A stretch of 64,000 bases of DNA from the human T2T-CHM13v2.0 reference genome, Homo sapiens. Position 1 is the first letter of the stretch. The number at the start of each line of letters is the position of its first letter. Under the pieces are notes generated by a model that did not search any database, was not told the DNA's origin, and was given only the letters and a program-made list of their open reading frames with translations. The translations under genes and the position numbers were made by a program. The stretch is from assembly GCF_009914755.1 (NCBI RefSeq), contig NC_060932.1, one strand, 5' to 3'. This document shows positions 13,971-27,965 of this stretch, piece by piece.

Positions 13971-14599
13971 ATATATATGCCAGCAAATAAGATGTAAAAA
14001 CAATTCGACATTATTAGTAAAATGAATGCCAATTAAAATTGTATTCTCAATTAGAAGAGATTAAAAAAATTTTTTTGGTAGAGGCTGTCACAGGAACGGC
14101 AGTGTTACACACTCCTGAGGGAAGAGATTTGTAAATTATTATAAATTTTCAGAAGGGCAGTTTGTTCACATGGTTATAGAATATGGATTCTCTAAAATGT
14201 TCACATACTTTTTTTTACATATGTAATTATGCCTTGGGAAAACAATCACATAATTTTGACAAATAATTTTTGAAAAAAATAATTTTTTAAATAATGTAAT
14301 GTTTATTTTTATCATAATACAGAAACAGAACAAGTCAAATGCAGTGCTAATAATAGAAAACAGCATTATGCATTGTAGAAGCAGAAAAAATGAATGTGGG
14401 AAAGCCTAAATGCAGTGGAAAGCAGTGAGATGAAGCTGGAGAGAAGGTTCTTTCAGCTCCCTGCTTTGCGATGCTCCCATTGGCCCTCAGCCTTCTTACC
14501 CGACAGGTGGGGTGTGGTCACACCTACCTGGTAGGTTTATTGTGAATGTCAAACATACATATGTAGTTCCTTGCTGAATGCACGGCTCATAGGAAATGG

Positions 14600-14915
14600 G
14601 CAAATCGTTCATTTGTTATTAGACATCTTTAAACCTTTTAACCTTTAAGAAATACAAGTACATAAAATTGATTCCATAAATGAATGCTCAAAAATGCACT
14701 TCTTATAAACAACTTTATGCATTGTGTTTATTTCAAAATGGGTAAGATGTGTTTACCCTTGCATGTTATATAAATTGTAGGTTGAATTTCCAGTAGAATA
14801 AGTGCATACATGCTCAGAGGCATATACAATGTTATGAACATGCACTACCTATCAGTAATCTGTAATATTTAAGAATTTTTTTTAAAAAGATGTGAAAGAG
14901 ACTGGCTAGATAATC
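14600..14915 (+). repeat. left arm of ~310-bp inverted duplication
   Basis: Reverse complement of 17193-17504; perfect blocks of 30, 26, 33 and 32 bp. Confidence 0.95.
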
Positions 14916-16469
14916 CCAGTTGATTCTGATCCCCGATTTCTGCCTATCCTAGTGAACTGCCACCCAGACATAACCATTACTAATTATTTTAGCTACTTCT
15001 TGCAGCATTTACACTTTTTAAATACAGTTTGTTGTTTATACAATTTTGAATTGTTTACACACTTTTACCAAGGGATTCACCTGCTAAGAATCTACCTAAA
15101 AATATGAGGTACATGCACAAAGATTTAGGCATAGAGATGTTCATCCCATTGTTATTTATAGTAACAAAAATTGCAAGCAACACTTGCTTGAATTGTTTCA
15201 ATAAATGAAGCATAAATGTACAATAGAGTAAGCAGGTAAATATTAATATATTTAAAAGACATAGCAATAAATAACTATAAATTGATATGTAATAGAATAT
15301 TGAGATGATATTTGAACAGTAGTTGGTATTTTGAAGCATTTTGTTGGTGTATTCTTTTTAACACTGAAATTATCTTTTACATGTTTGCTTATAAACAGAA
15401 TAATAAGCACTGTTTTGTCTATTTTTATATAATCTTTGGGCTTTGGTTTCATATAAGGTAGTGTGGAGCAGTAAAGGGGTTAAAGGAGGTACATGTTCTT
15501 ATATCTGGGAAAAGTCATTGCCTTTTGTCCACTTCTGTGTGTGGGAGACATCAAAAGGGGTGATGATAATGCATTTGCATAACAGAAGGAAGTTTGACTA
15601 GCGACTCCTTTAATCATAGGGTATGATACATGGGAAGGTCTAGAGGGAACTGATATATAAATAAGGTACCAGAGCCTGGGAGCTCAGAGTCCCCAAGTAG
15701 GCTAGTGGTCACATTTAGTAAGGTTGGTGGAGGCAGCGAAGAGGAGCATGAACATTTAGGCAGGGTTCAGAGAAAGCAGGCAGGTAAGAGATTCAGCAAA
15801 AGTAGTACTCGCTATAGGGTTAAGGAACAGGGATTATCTGGCAGGCTCTCTGCTCTCAACAACATATGACTGTGATGAAAGACGTGGGTCTCTACACGTC
15901 CAGTGGTTTTACTTTGAAGATGCCTAAGGGAGAATTCTGTCCCAATCAAGATAGGGTCAGAAACTCTGGGATGATCTTATTGGCAGAACAAGGTAAGGGG
16001 GGAATAGAGGGAAGCAAGGCAGAGCTGTCCAGTAATGAATGGGTTTTGAGTGAGAGGAAAAGTACCTTGGTCTTATCCAACATGGAGAAAAGATGTGAGT
16101 AGAACCAGTTTGAGAAAATAATATAGGAATCTAAGGAGCAGGCAGTTGGAAAAGTTCAGATGAAAGATGACCCAAAAATATACTAAGATGGATTTAGGAG
16201 ATCTTAGCAAGAATTGGCAAAAATCTCTTCATGGCCTACAGACATATGGCTGTAGGCTGAGTCCACCTAAACCAACTTAGTTTTTTGTTGTTGTTGTTGT
16301 AGGGTAGTGAATGGTAGATTGATTCATTCTCGTCTCAAATTTACATCATAAAAGTTTCCTCAAAGCTGGGCATGGTTCATCTCATGATGACATGAAAATC
16401 ATGGGTATTGGGATAAGTCTGTCAATGCTGCCCCTAAACCTCAGTTCCTTGTTGTACAAAGGCTTATTC

Positions 16470-16820
16470 CTTTTTTTTCTTTACTTTTTTTTAATTGACA
16501 TATAATAACTGTACATATTTATGGGGTACACAGTGATGATGCAATACATATATAGTGATCAGATCTGGGTAATTAGCATATCCATCACCTCAATCATTCA
16601 TAATTTCTTTGTGTTAGGAACATTCAATATCCTCCTTGTAGCTATTTGAAACTATATACTATTGTTAACTACAGTCATCCCACAGTGCTATAGAACACTA
16701 GAACTTATTCATCCTATCTAGCCGTAATTTTGTATCCTTTAACAAATCTCTCCCTATTCCTCCCTTCTTTTACCATTCCTAGTTTCTCCTATTCTCTGTT
16801 CTATTTTTTGTTTCTGTGAA
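16470..16820 (-). mobile_element. L1MA 3' fragment interrupting an MLT1-type LTR (~16340-17010)
   Basis: taattgacatataataactgtacatatttatggggtac antisense L1MA 3'UTR; MLT1-like sequence on both sides. Confidence 0.8.
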
Positions 16821-17012
16821 ATCCACTTAAGACATCTTTAGACACCTTCCATCTTGACAAGTTGCCATCTTCAATACATGGCCTTCAGAGGTGCCCAGGA
16901 AAGGGGCAACAGAGAGTGAAGGACCATGCAGGGAATTTTATGGTCAGGTTGAGAAGTGGTAAAGGCTGGGAAATGCAGTCTTTCTGAGTGCTCAGGATGA
17001 GAAATAGGACGG

Positions 17013-17185
17013 CAGTAGTTTTCAGTGTGTCGTCCCACATCAATAGCATTGGAATCTACTGGATCTTGTTAGAAATAAAATTCATAGGCTCCAATGAAGA
17101 CCTACCAGATCAGTGGCTCAGCAATCAGTGTTCCAACAAGCCCTTCAGGCGATTCCAATGTACATTAGAGTTAAAGAACTACCAG
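17013..17185. mobile_element. MER5A hAT-Charlie DNA element
   Basis: cagtagttttc...ttgttagaaat...aacaagcccttcaggcgattc...ttaaagaactaccag. Confidence 0.75.
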
Positions 17186-17192
17186 CCTAAGT

Positions 17193-17504
17193 GATTATCT
17201 AGCCAGTCTCTTTCACATCTTTTTTGTTAATTCTTAAATATTACAGATTACTGATAGGTAGCGCATGTTCATAAAATTGTATATTCTTCTGAGTATGTAT
17301 GCATTTAGTCTACTGAGAATTAAACCTTCGATTTCTACAATGTAAACACATCTTACCTATTTTAACATGATGCATAAAGATGGTTATAAAAAGTGCATGC
17401 ATTTTTGAGCATTCATTTATGGAGTCAAATAATTTTATGCACTTGTAAGCATTTCTTAAAGGTTAAAAGGTTTAAAGATGACTGGTAATAGTTGAACCAT
17501 TTGC
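17193..17504 (-). repeat. right arm of ~310-bp inverted duplication
   Basis: Reverse complement of 14600-14915. Confidence 0.95.
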
Positions 17505-20156
17505 AGAAACTCAAAACAAGCCAGAGTAGAAATGCTGATGACAAATTAGAAGCAGGATTATATAGACTAAGATGGGAATAAAACCCTGGGACAAAAACTA
17601 TATAAAAACCTTAAGGAGAAAGAAAAACTTTTTGAAAATGCAAAGAGCAAAAGGTGGTGGGGTCACTAGATGTGAATAACTAGCAAGCTGTAGTCAACAT
17701 GGGGACCTATAACATGCAACATATGTTATTATACAACTGTGAACACCATTTAGAATAAAAATGTGAAGGAAAAATTCAAAAAGCTGTCACGATGGAAATG
17801 GTTCTCTTGACCCATTGACTAAAACAGTTTCTTCCTTATTAAAATGCTCACTGAGGGTGGGCCGTTCAAAGCCAAAAGGTACAGATACAAAAGCAGCTCA
17901 GCCATCATAAGCCCATAAATGAATGCCAGGATGAATCACTAACCAGTACTTAATCATGGACACCCACAAGTTGCTCTGAAAGCTGGAGGACTAGATTCAT
18001 TAAGCGTTGTCTCTTAAAACAATCAAGTTGTACTTCTGTTTATGGTAAATGTATGCATAGGCAAACTGCCTTAATAGTTCATGAATTATTCTTCAGAACT
18101 GCTAAAATGACATCTGTCGTGATGGATATATTTTATTTTTTATTAGTTTTTAAATTATGAAAGTCTTACAGGCTCCTGAACAGAAGTGATCCATATGGAT
18201 GAATACAGAATAAAAGTCAACATTCTCCTCTTCTGCATTTCTACACTTCTCAGATGGAATCATTGCTACTAATTCTTTATGTTATTCTTACAGAAATTCC
18301 TTACAGGTAGAGTCCATGACCAGTATTTTAGAAACATCTCATTTCAAACAGGTATCTTAATAGGCTGTCACAAAGAAGGCAAAGATAATACACTGAGAAG
18401 ATGGCAGTGAAAACTGAGAAAATTTAGAAAGCTCGGGCTAGGGACAATAATAAGACCAGTATATAAATACACAGATACTAGATTCAGGTAAAACTCTTCA
18501 CAACATTTTCTAGCGCCAGATCTTTGAGAGTTTTTTTTTTTTTTTTTTTTTTTTTGCTGGAGCAGATTAAAAGAGCAGAGGACCAAAGAGAGAAAAATTA
18601 AACCTCCATCTTATTCATGGGAGCTTCAGGAGAATTTGGATGCCTTTCAGGGAACAACAGGGAAACCCCCTCACCTTCAGTTGTTCACTTTTCTTGAATT
18701 GTTAAGGTCGCATCTTGTATTGTGAACAGTAGCATCTCGAATTTGTAGCCACATTCATTTAGTTCTTTGCTCATAAATTCATTTATAATGTGTTTATTGA
18801 GTATGTACTGTGTGACATTAGCTCTGATTTCAAAGAGCTTACAACAGAGCTAGATAAAACAAGACCAGGATATTTAGAACATTTGGAGAATAACGAGAGG
18901 ATATATAATAAAGGGCTAAACTGAATATAATTAAATGTCAGCCTGCATGGTGCCATGAGCAACAGTTAATTAAATCCAGGCCATAATCCATGTCCTGGTT
19001 CTAAGAAAAGAGTCTCCTACAATCTCTTACTTTCCACTGTAACTAATACCTGGAGTTCAGTCCAGTAACGTAATTTAGCAATGGCTATATTTCCATGCTC
19101 AAAAGGGAACTCTGTTGATCTTGAAATGTGTATGTGTGTTTAAAAATGTCTATTTAATTTTGGGGGGAGGAAAGGTAGCTTTGATTGCACTTGGTGATTG
19201 AGTCTTCAAACTTAATGCTTCTGGGAAAAAGATAGCATAGACTCATAAAATCCAGAGAGAAGTCCAAGAAATCAGTAAGACCAATCCTTTACCTCCAGGT
19301 GGGATAGAACCTCTGACCTATTATCTAGGCAAAAAATTATAGTGAAATTCTCATATATCTTTTCTCCCAGCATATATTAAATCAAAGTGCAACTAGGCAT
19401 CTGTTATTGGAGCATTATAAAGCCGTATGTGATATTCACTAATACTAAATGCCTGGAAGGAAACTAAGTTAATACATATGGCTTTAAATTTACAAGTGAA
19501 GACTCATCCATCATCAAAGACCCAGAATGCTCACTGCCGTCACATTAAAAATAACTTACAAAAGATATGTTTTCATTTGTGTATCATCCCCTTCAACACA
19601 GGAAAGCAAGAGAAGGATATGTGTGCATTTCCTGGACTTGATCTGGAGCATGCAACACATTCTACAAAGGGATTAAAGGGCCTGAGGTCTCTTAGACACG
19701 TTGTGCCAATTTCATGTCAGAGACAACTTAAGCTGTGGAGTCTTCAAATGAATGGTACTTATGCATCCTGCCAAAGTCATAAGCATTACTGGAGGTTCTT
19801 ATAAACAAGAACAACAACTGTACATTAGGGACAGATAGAAGACAGTTCTGGAATGGAATCCTGTGGTGATATCCCAAATACTGTATGGTTTCATTTACCG
19901 GAAGAAAGAACATGCAGCCCATATTCTACTTCACGTATCTGATTAGAGAGGCATTACCAAGAGCATTTGTTTCAGAATTCTACGATTGACAAAAGAGAAA
20001 GAGGAAACAAAATCCTCCTCTGTCTTCATTGTTGGCAGGGCCTTCTTAGGATCGCAAAAACAAAATTTCTTTCTCTTCTAATTTTGACCTTTTCTGTTTG
20101 GCAGACGTTGACTTTTTTTTTTCCTGACTGTGTTTCTAATGGAGCCTGAAATTAAC

Positions 20157-20372
20157 ATGGCGTTTTGTTTACCTCCTAATTTGTGTGCTGCCATCATCAA
20201 TGTTGTCAGCATAGTTCTGGGAATAGGGTTTGTTTCTGCTTCTCTTGAGCCAGCAAAGGAAGAAATGCAGAAAAGGCTGCTCTACTCATCCCATTCCAGT
20301 TTAAAATCCTCTTCTTTTCACAGAAATGGTCTTAGCCAAGCAGGCAATGACCTTCTGCATTGTTGGCTATAA
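20157..20372 (+). other. small ORF (71 aa) with one hydrophobic segment in repeat-free sequence; coding status unsupported
   Basis: ATG in AACATGG Kozak context; MAFCLPPNLCAAIINVVSIVLGIGFVSASLEPAKEEMQKR...; upstream acceptor at 20103-20104; no recognised homologue. Confidence 0.15.
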
Positions 20373-20940
20373 AAGCCCGACAACGATCTTCGAGTGCTTA
20401 TCCTCGATGACATTTATGGGCTGCTTTTGACACAGCTGAGTATTCCCTGACTCCCCTCTATTCTCTGTTCACATGGTACCCAGAAATCGAGCCTTCCTAG
20501 TTGTCTTCATCCTTCAAAGGATGCCTTGTGGGCCCGGGTTCTCCGCTCTTCTCCTATTCTTTGGTGAAGCTACCTATTCCAAGTCTTCAGGTGCTCCCTA
20601 TAAAGAGAGGACACTCGATTCTTCCTGAATTTTTTATTTTGCCTTCGCTTTCTCACACTAAGTTATGCTTATGCTTCATGGTCATATCAAGCTCAGTTTG
20701 GGAGATGGGGAGATAATATTTCTTCTGTGAGAAAGTGTTTTGAAATGTCACAACAATTTTTAGAAACAGAGATGGGTTTTGCTTTGGTCTTTAAGTCTTC
20801 CTAGTCTTTTGATCCCACTGTTTTGTCCATTAGTCAGCTTCTATTATTTCATTACCAATATTCATCTTCTCCAGAAGCATTTTTCAATCAGTAAATACAT
20901 TTGAAAAGCATAAGAACCTCTTTTTAAAAATGACTTATCC

Positions 20941-22081
<1,141 letters not shown>

Positions 22082-22189
22082 ACAGAAGGACACTCTTTTG
22101 CTTTACAAATGTATCAACTTCATCCAGAAATAATGTCTAGAAAGGTCCCAGTGATTACTAATCTATCCAGGTCCACAACTTGGGTTTGG

Positions 22190-22685
22190 GTGTTGCTCCA
22201 GTCACTCACCTGTTTGCTTTTAGATCAGTGCTTTTTCCTTCTTTGCCTACTCTGTTTGCCTGGGATGACATTGCCTAGACTCCCTTGCGCTACACCTTCC
22301 AGGTAGTTTTAGCCAATGTGAAGCATTGGAAGGAGGCCGAGGGACAGAAGAGGGAATATCCCTCTCTATATATCACTTTGCTTCTGGTGGCGTCTTTGGC
22401 AGTGGCTGCATCTCCTCCTGGTTCCAGCTCCTACTACAACAGTCCACTGGGTTCCAAGTTCTGCCAGGCAGCCTGTTACTTCGAGGTTCTGCCTTGTCCT
22501 TTGTCCTTCCAGCTTCAGGGAAGGTAGAAACTTCCTACTGTTGCTAATTTCTGGGCTGCCTCAGTTTTGAAGTTTCAATATTCAGCTCTTTTATCATTTG
22601 TGCTGTCAATTCCTTCCATTATGTTCCTTCTTTTAAAAACACTTGGAGTGGCATCTGTGTTCCTGACTAGAACCTCACTGATGAA
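22190..22685. mobile_element. ERVL LTR (LTR33-like)
   Basis: ctcccttgc...ttagccaatgtgaagcattggaaggagg...tctgtgttcctgactagaacctcactgat. Confidence 0.55.
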
Positions 22686-22779
22686 TCTTCTACTGGAGAA
22701 AGAAGTTTCAAAGTTTCTTAGGCCATAGAACCTGTGGTAGTGACTCCTGGTTGTCCTCAATATATAATCCATCTAATAT

Positions 22780-23200
22780 GAATATTTAGCTGTGATTCTG
22801 CCTCTCAGCCTCTTTTGTAGTTTAGCATGGCCATGTGAACAAGTTCTGGCAAAAGTGATGGAATCAGATGTGCTGGATGGATGACTCTAAACCTTCTTTA
22901 AAAGTCAGCTGTTCCATACCCTCTGTACTTCTTCCCCTCTTCTTCCTGTGGCTTGGAGCATAAATGTGACCACTGGAGTTCCATCCTGGAACATGAGAAC
23001 AAGGACTTCATTCTAAGGAGGGCAGGACCAAAAGCTAGAAGGAACCTGAGTCCTTGAGAACTCTGTGGAGTAAAGCCACCACCCCAGCCCTGCTCTTCCT
23101 ACCTCTGCAATTTTACATGAGCAGCAAATAAAATTCTCTTTTGTCTAAGCTGCTGCTATTTTGAGTCTGTGCTTATTGCAGCTGAATCCTAACCGATTCA
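22780..23200. mobile_element. MaLR LTR (old MLT1)
   Basis: ggccatgtgaacaagttctggc...agctagaaggaacctgagtcctt...aataaaattctcttttgtctaagc. Confidence 0.65.
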
Positions 23201-24164
23201 GGATCCAAATCATGAGCTCTGTGTCTGTCCTAGACTGCTGATGAACTTTCTGGTACCTTTCCTTACTTCATTAAAGCAAGGTCCTTGATCTTCCGATCTT
23301 ATCCTAAGTTTTTGCCTTCTCCTGTTTATACTTAGAATTGACGTATCCTCATCTGTGAAGCTTTCAAAAAGCTTTATTCCTTTTAAGAGCTTCTGCTTTG
23401 CCTACTAAGTTTTCTCTGAAAGCAGGGTAAGATCTGGCCACTGACCAAGCTGATATCCAACCTAGAAAATGATTAAAGCCTGAATGTTAGGGAATTTTTA
23501 ATTAAAAGCCTGGGAACATTGTTCCTTGGGTATTAATAAAGTCAGTAAAATGGAGAACCAGCATGACCTAACATCACAAGAAAGGCCATTAGTGTCCTAG
23601 TCTGCTAGCCCCTCTTCATGGAGCTGATGGGCTGTAACTGCACCTAATGACTGCCAAGCATACATAAATCTCACCTATACTTTATTCAAGTGGGTGTCAA
23701 TTAGAAATGTGGACTTCTGGAATGGTGGCTCCCAAATGTTGTTGTGTGTGAAAATCATTTGGGGAAATTTGTCTGAAATGAAGATTCATATCCTTCCACT
23801 CATGATTTAGTTGGATGCGGTGGGGGCCATAAGCTATCTGTTCAAAAGGACCCCAGGTGCCTCTAAAGCACATGGTCTATGGACCACATGATGAGAAACA
23901 TTGCTTCTGGGAAGCTCATAAATGCTGTAAAGCAGCCACAAGTGAAGAGAGCTGTCATCAGCTGGGGGTGGGATTAGAGAACATTAATTGATGTCTACCA
24001 CATGCCTGGGGCTCTGCTAGGCATAATTCAGACATCAACTTAGTTTATGCCTACAATAAACCTGCATAATTATTATTGTTACCCTTGTTTTACAGTGAGC
24101 AACCTGAGGCTCAGAGAAATTAAGCAATTTGCCTAAAGTTACAATGCAGCTTCAAAGCTGGGGG

Positions 24165-24685
24165 TGTGTGTGCTAAATACATTCTGTTTATTCCTCTGTA
24201 CAGTTTGGCTCTATACACTTGTTCATCGTGCTTTGCGCTCCTAGATGCTGACCTGTACAGAGGGATGCTCTGCCTCTGGCTTTTGTTTGGGTTGGGTTCT
24301 GCCAATGTGAAGTGCTGGGAGAAGACTGGAAAGAAGGAGAAAGGCGAGGTCAGGGTATTTCTTCCCCCGGCCTCCTTCACTGTAGGTGGCCATGGCTGCT
24401 GCCCTTGACCAAAGGTCACAGCCCTTATGACAGCCCTCTTTCCACGTGACTGTTTTCTTCCAAGTTCCTGTAACTGTTCCCCTTCTGCTAGAGAGAACAT
24501 CAGGCCTCATGCTGATAACTGGTAATTCCTGTTTTCCTCTCTAGCTAGGATGAGGTAGTATGCTAACCTTTTGTTTCTCTACAGCTTGTCCTTCATTTTG
24601 TAAACATAGTCATTTCTTCATTAAATTCTCCAAATCACTCACTCATTTGAGCGTTCCATTTGTTTCTTGCTGGGAACCTGATACA
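24165..24685. mobile_element. LTR16-like ERVL LTR between MIR fragments
   Basis: tgctctgcctctggcttttgtttgggttggg...gaggtcagggtatttcttcccc...tgtttcttgctgggaacctgataca. Confidence 0.55.
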
Positions 24686-25446
24686 GGCTGTTTGGCTCTG
24701 AAGTCTTCCTCTTTCCACTCTTCTACACCCCCTCATTTCACCTTCCTCACATAATAATTGTGATGATGGTGATGATGACGATGGCAATGATACCAAGACA
24801 CTTACTGTATGAGCACTTATTATATGCAAGGTGTTGTGCTGAGAACTTTACATAAATGATCTTATTTAATTTCCACAACTACCCTATGCATTAGGCACTG
24901 CTTCACTCCCATTTTGCAGGGAGGAAAATGAATTTCAGAAATTAAGTAATTGACCCCAGCAGAACCGGTAAATGTTGGTGCTGAGATATGAGCAATACTC
25001 ACTCCTTCTACCAGGCATCAGGGCCATCATCACACAATATTTTCCCAGCTAAATGTGTGAGTAAAATTCTTGAAAATAAAGATGTCGAAAAGTCGATGTT
25101 ACTTATTTTTCAGGCTTGAATCAGAAAAAAATGCCTTCCATTTCAAAAAGGAATATGTTGTACACATGACTTTTTTTTTTTACTTTCTCCATCACAACTT
25201 AGTTCAGACCCCTCTACTGCACAGATGGCAAGTTCTAATAGCTGCTTAACACGCCTCCAGCCTCTCCCCATTTTATTCTGCACCCTGCTTGTCACACCAT
25301 CCTATAAATGTTCTTAAAATTTATTTTGATTATGGTCATGCTTCTGGAAATAATCAATATAATTCAAATGATTACTTCTAGGAAAAGCCCAAATTTTAGG
25401 TAATACAAAGACTTCAAGGATAAGATCTTTCTTGATTCCTAAATCT

Positions 25447-25829
25447 TTTATTATTATTATTTCAATAGGTTTTTGGGGAACAGGTGGTGTTTGTTTACAT
25501 GAATAAGTTCTTTAGTGGAAATTTCTGAGATTTTGGTGCACCCATCACCTGAGCAGTGTACACTGCACCCAAAGTGTAGTCTTGTATCCCTCACCCTCTT
25601 TCCACCCTTTCTCCTGAGTCCCCAAAGTCCATTGTATTATTCTTCTGCCTTTGTATCCTCATAACTTAACTCCCACTTATGAGTGAGAACATACAATGTT
25701 TGGTTTTCCATTCCTGAGTTACTTCACTTAGAATAATGGTCTCTAATTCCATCCAGGTTGCTGCAAATGCCATTATTTCGTTCTTTCTTATGGCTGAGTA
25801 GTATTCAATGGTGTATATATATATTTGAG

Positions 25830-25871
<42 letters not shown>

Positions 25872-26063
25872 TATCACATTTTATTTATCCACTTGTTGAT
25901 TGACGGGCATTTGGGCCAGTTCCATATTTTTGCAATTGTGAATTGTGCTCTTACAAATATGCATGTGCAAGTATCTTTTTCATATAATGACTTCTTTTCC
26001 TCTGGGTAGATACCCAGTAGTGGGATTGCTGAATCAAATGGTAGATCTGCTTTTAGTACTTAA
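25447..26063 (-). mobile_element. L1PB 3' fragment with internal (TG)n
   Basis: ttcaataggtttttggggaacaggtggtgttt antisense L1PB 3'UTR; (TG)n at ~25836-25862. Confidence 0.88.
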
Positions 26064-27743
26064 AGGATTATTCCTAAGTTCTTTTTTCAGACTTGAATAT
26101 GACTACTCCCTTATATATTCAGAAGCCTAAAAAATCCAACCTATAGGCCTTTGCTTACAGAGTTATCTTTGCTTAGAATTCTACTCCTTCTCTTAAAAAT
26201 TCCATGAAGGCCTCCCTTACCATCTTCACTTAGCTCCTGGGTCTCTGATGACATTAGTCCCATATTTTCTGTCTTGTGTTGCCACAATTTATGCTCATGC
26301 TTAAGGACATTAATTCCTCTCTCCCTACTGTGCTCCTCTCAGCATATTCCTGTATCCATGACACAAAACAGACCTGCATTCTTTAAACATACTCTCTGGT
26401 TGCAGAGACCATTGAAGGTACTTAATAATTATTAAAGGAAAGAAAGCTTTACAGCTTCCCCTACTTTCCTTATAGAACAGGAAATTGACACCCAAGATGT
26501 TTGTTGTCACTTTCAAGAATGAGGACAGGAAGAGGCACTAACACTTTTGCTGATGCTGTTTTTCCTGCTTAGAATGTTTTTCTTCTATGTGCCTCTTTAG
26601 ACTCTATTCATCCTTCAACCCCAGATATTGCCTCTCTAATCACACAAAAAAATCACTCCTTCCTTTGTGCTGTTTCCTTTGTTTGGTCTCCTTTTTTTTC
26701 CACTCATGCCTCAGACCTAATATTGTTGGTTTATCTGCTTGCTTTTCTACCTTGATGAGTATGTGGTGTTCAGTATCTATTCCAGTCTGTCTCTAGTGTG
26801 CCTTATTGTACTGAAGAGGCTGTAAAGCCAAAAACTAAATTTGCAAGACTCCTTTGCAGCTAGATTGTAGGTTCAGCAAATTAGATTGTCTTTTTTGAGA
26901 TTTGGATAGAGAAAGTGAGGTGGAGGCTGCACATCCACAGCTGTGAAAGACACTGAGTTTTCTGTGGCAGAGCTCTGAGGAACAGCCAGGACTACATGGG
27001 TATCCAGAGGCAGTTGCAATGCTGGTGGTTTTCTGATCCCTGGATCACTGCTAAGGTGGGTATGCTCTTGACTTCAATGATTTCCCTAGGATTCTCCTGA
27101 ATGCCTACCTTCTCTTGTTGAGGCAGAGAGAGAGTTGCTGTCCTCACAATGTCAGACGGGTGGTCTTGTTCAGAAGTCATTTCTAGAATGCCAGCAAAGA
27201 ACTTGGACTTCCTCTAGCGCTTCCAACAATTTCCTAAGCATCTAATTCCCTATATTAACTACTTTCTGCTGAAAATAACTCATGTGGTTTCTATTTCCTT
27301 CACCTGAGCCCTAACTAATATTCCTACCAGATAGATAGTTTGTTGAGGGCAGGGTCTGTATCTTTTTATCTTTGTATCCTCTGTATCTTGAATGGCACCT
27401 ATGACATAGTAGAAAGATTTTAATGCATGTTTATAGGAATAAGCATTTGGCTAGTCTCCACAATACACTAAATGTTCTCTGTTACCTCATTAATTCTCAC
27501 AACAGCTCTATGAAGTCAGGGTAATTAGTCTCATTTTACAAGTACAAAGGTGAGGCTCAGAAAGATTTAGCAAACTGCTCAAAGCATCTGATACAGAGCC
27601 TAGTAGCTGTTATCAGATTGCAGGGAAAATCTGCAGCCTTCGAAATCCTTGCTCTTTTTATTGCAGTATTGCTTCCTTATATGATAAAAGGATTTCTGAA
27701 GAAAAAAAATGAAACTTGGGTTAGGGTCATATACATTTGAGAG

Positions 27744-27965
27744 CAAGGGTTAGCAAACTATGGCCTGTGGCCAAATCTAACCCACTACCTTTTTTTATGA
27801 ATAAAGTTTTATTAGAACACAGCCAAGCACATATTCATTTACATATGTCTGTGGTTGCTTTTGTGCTACCACAGCAGAGTTGAGTCATGGCAACAGAAAC
27901 TCTCTGGCCTACAAAGCACGAAACACTTACTATCTAGCCCTTTATAGAAAGTTTGCTGATCCCTG
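27744..27965 (+). mobile_element. MER58A hAT-Charlie MITE
   Basis: TIRs caagggttagcaaact / agtttgctgatccctg; ~220 bp; characteristic aataaagttttattagaacacagcc. Confidence 0.85.
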
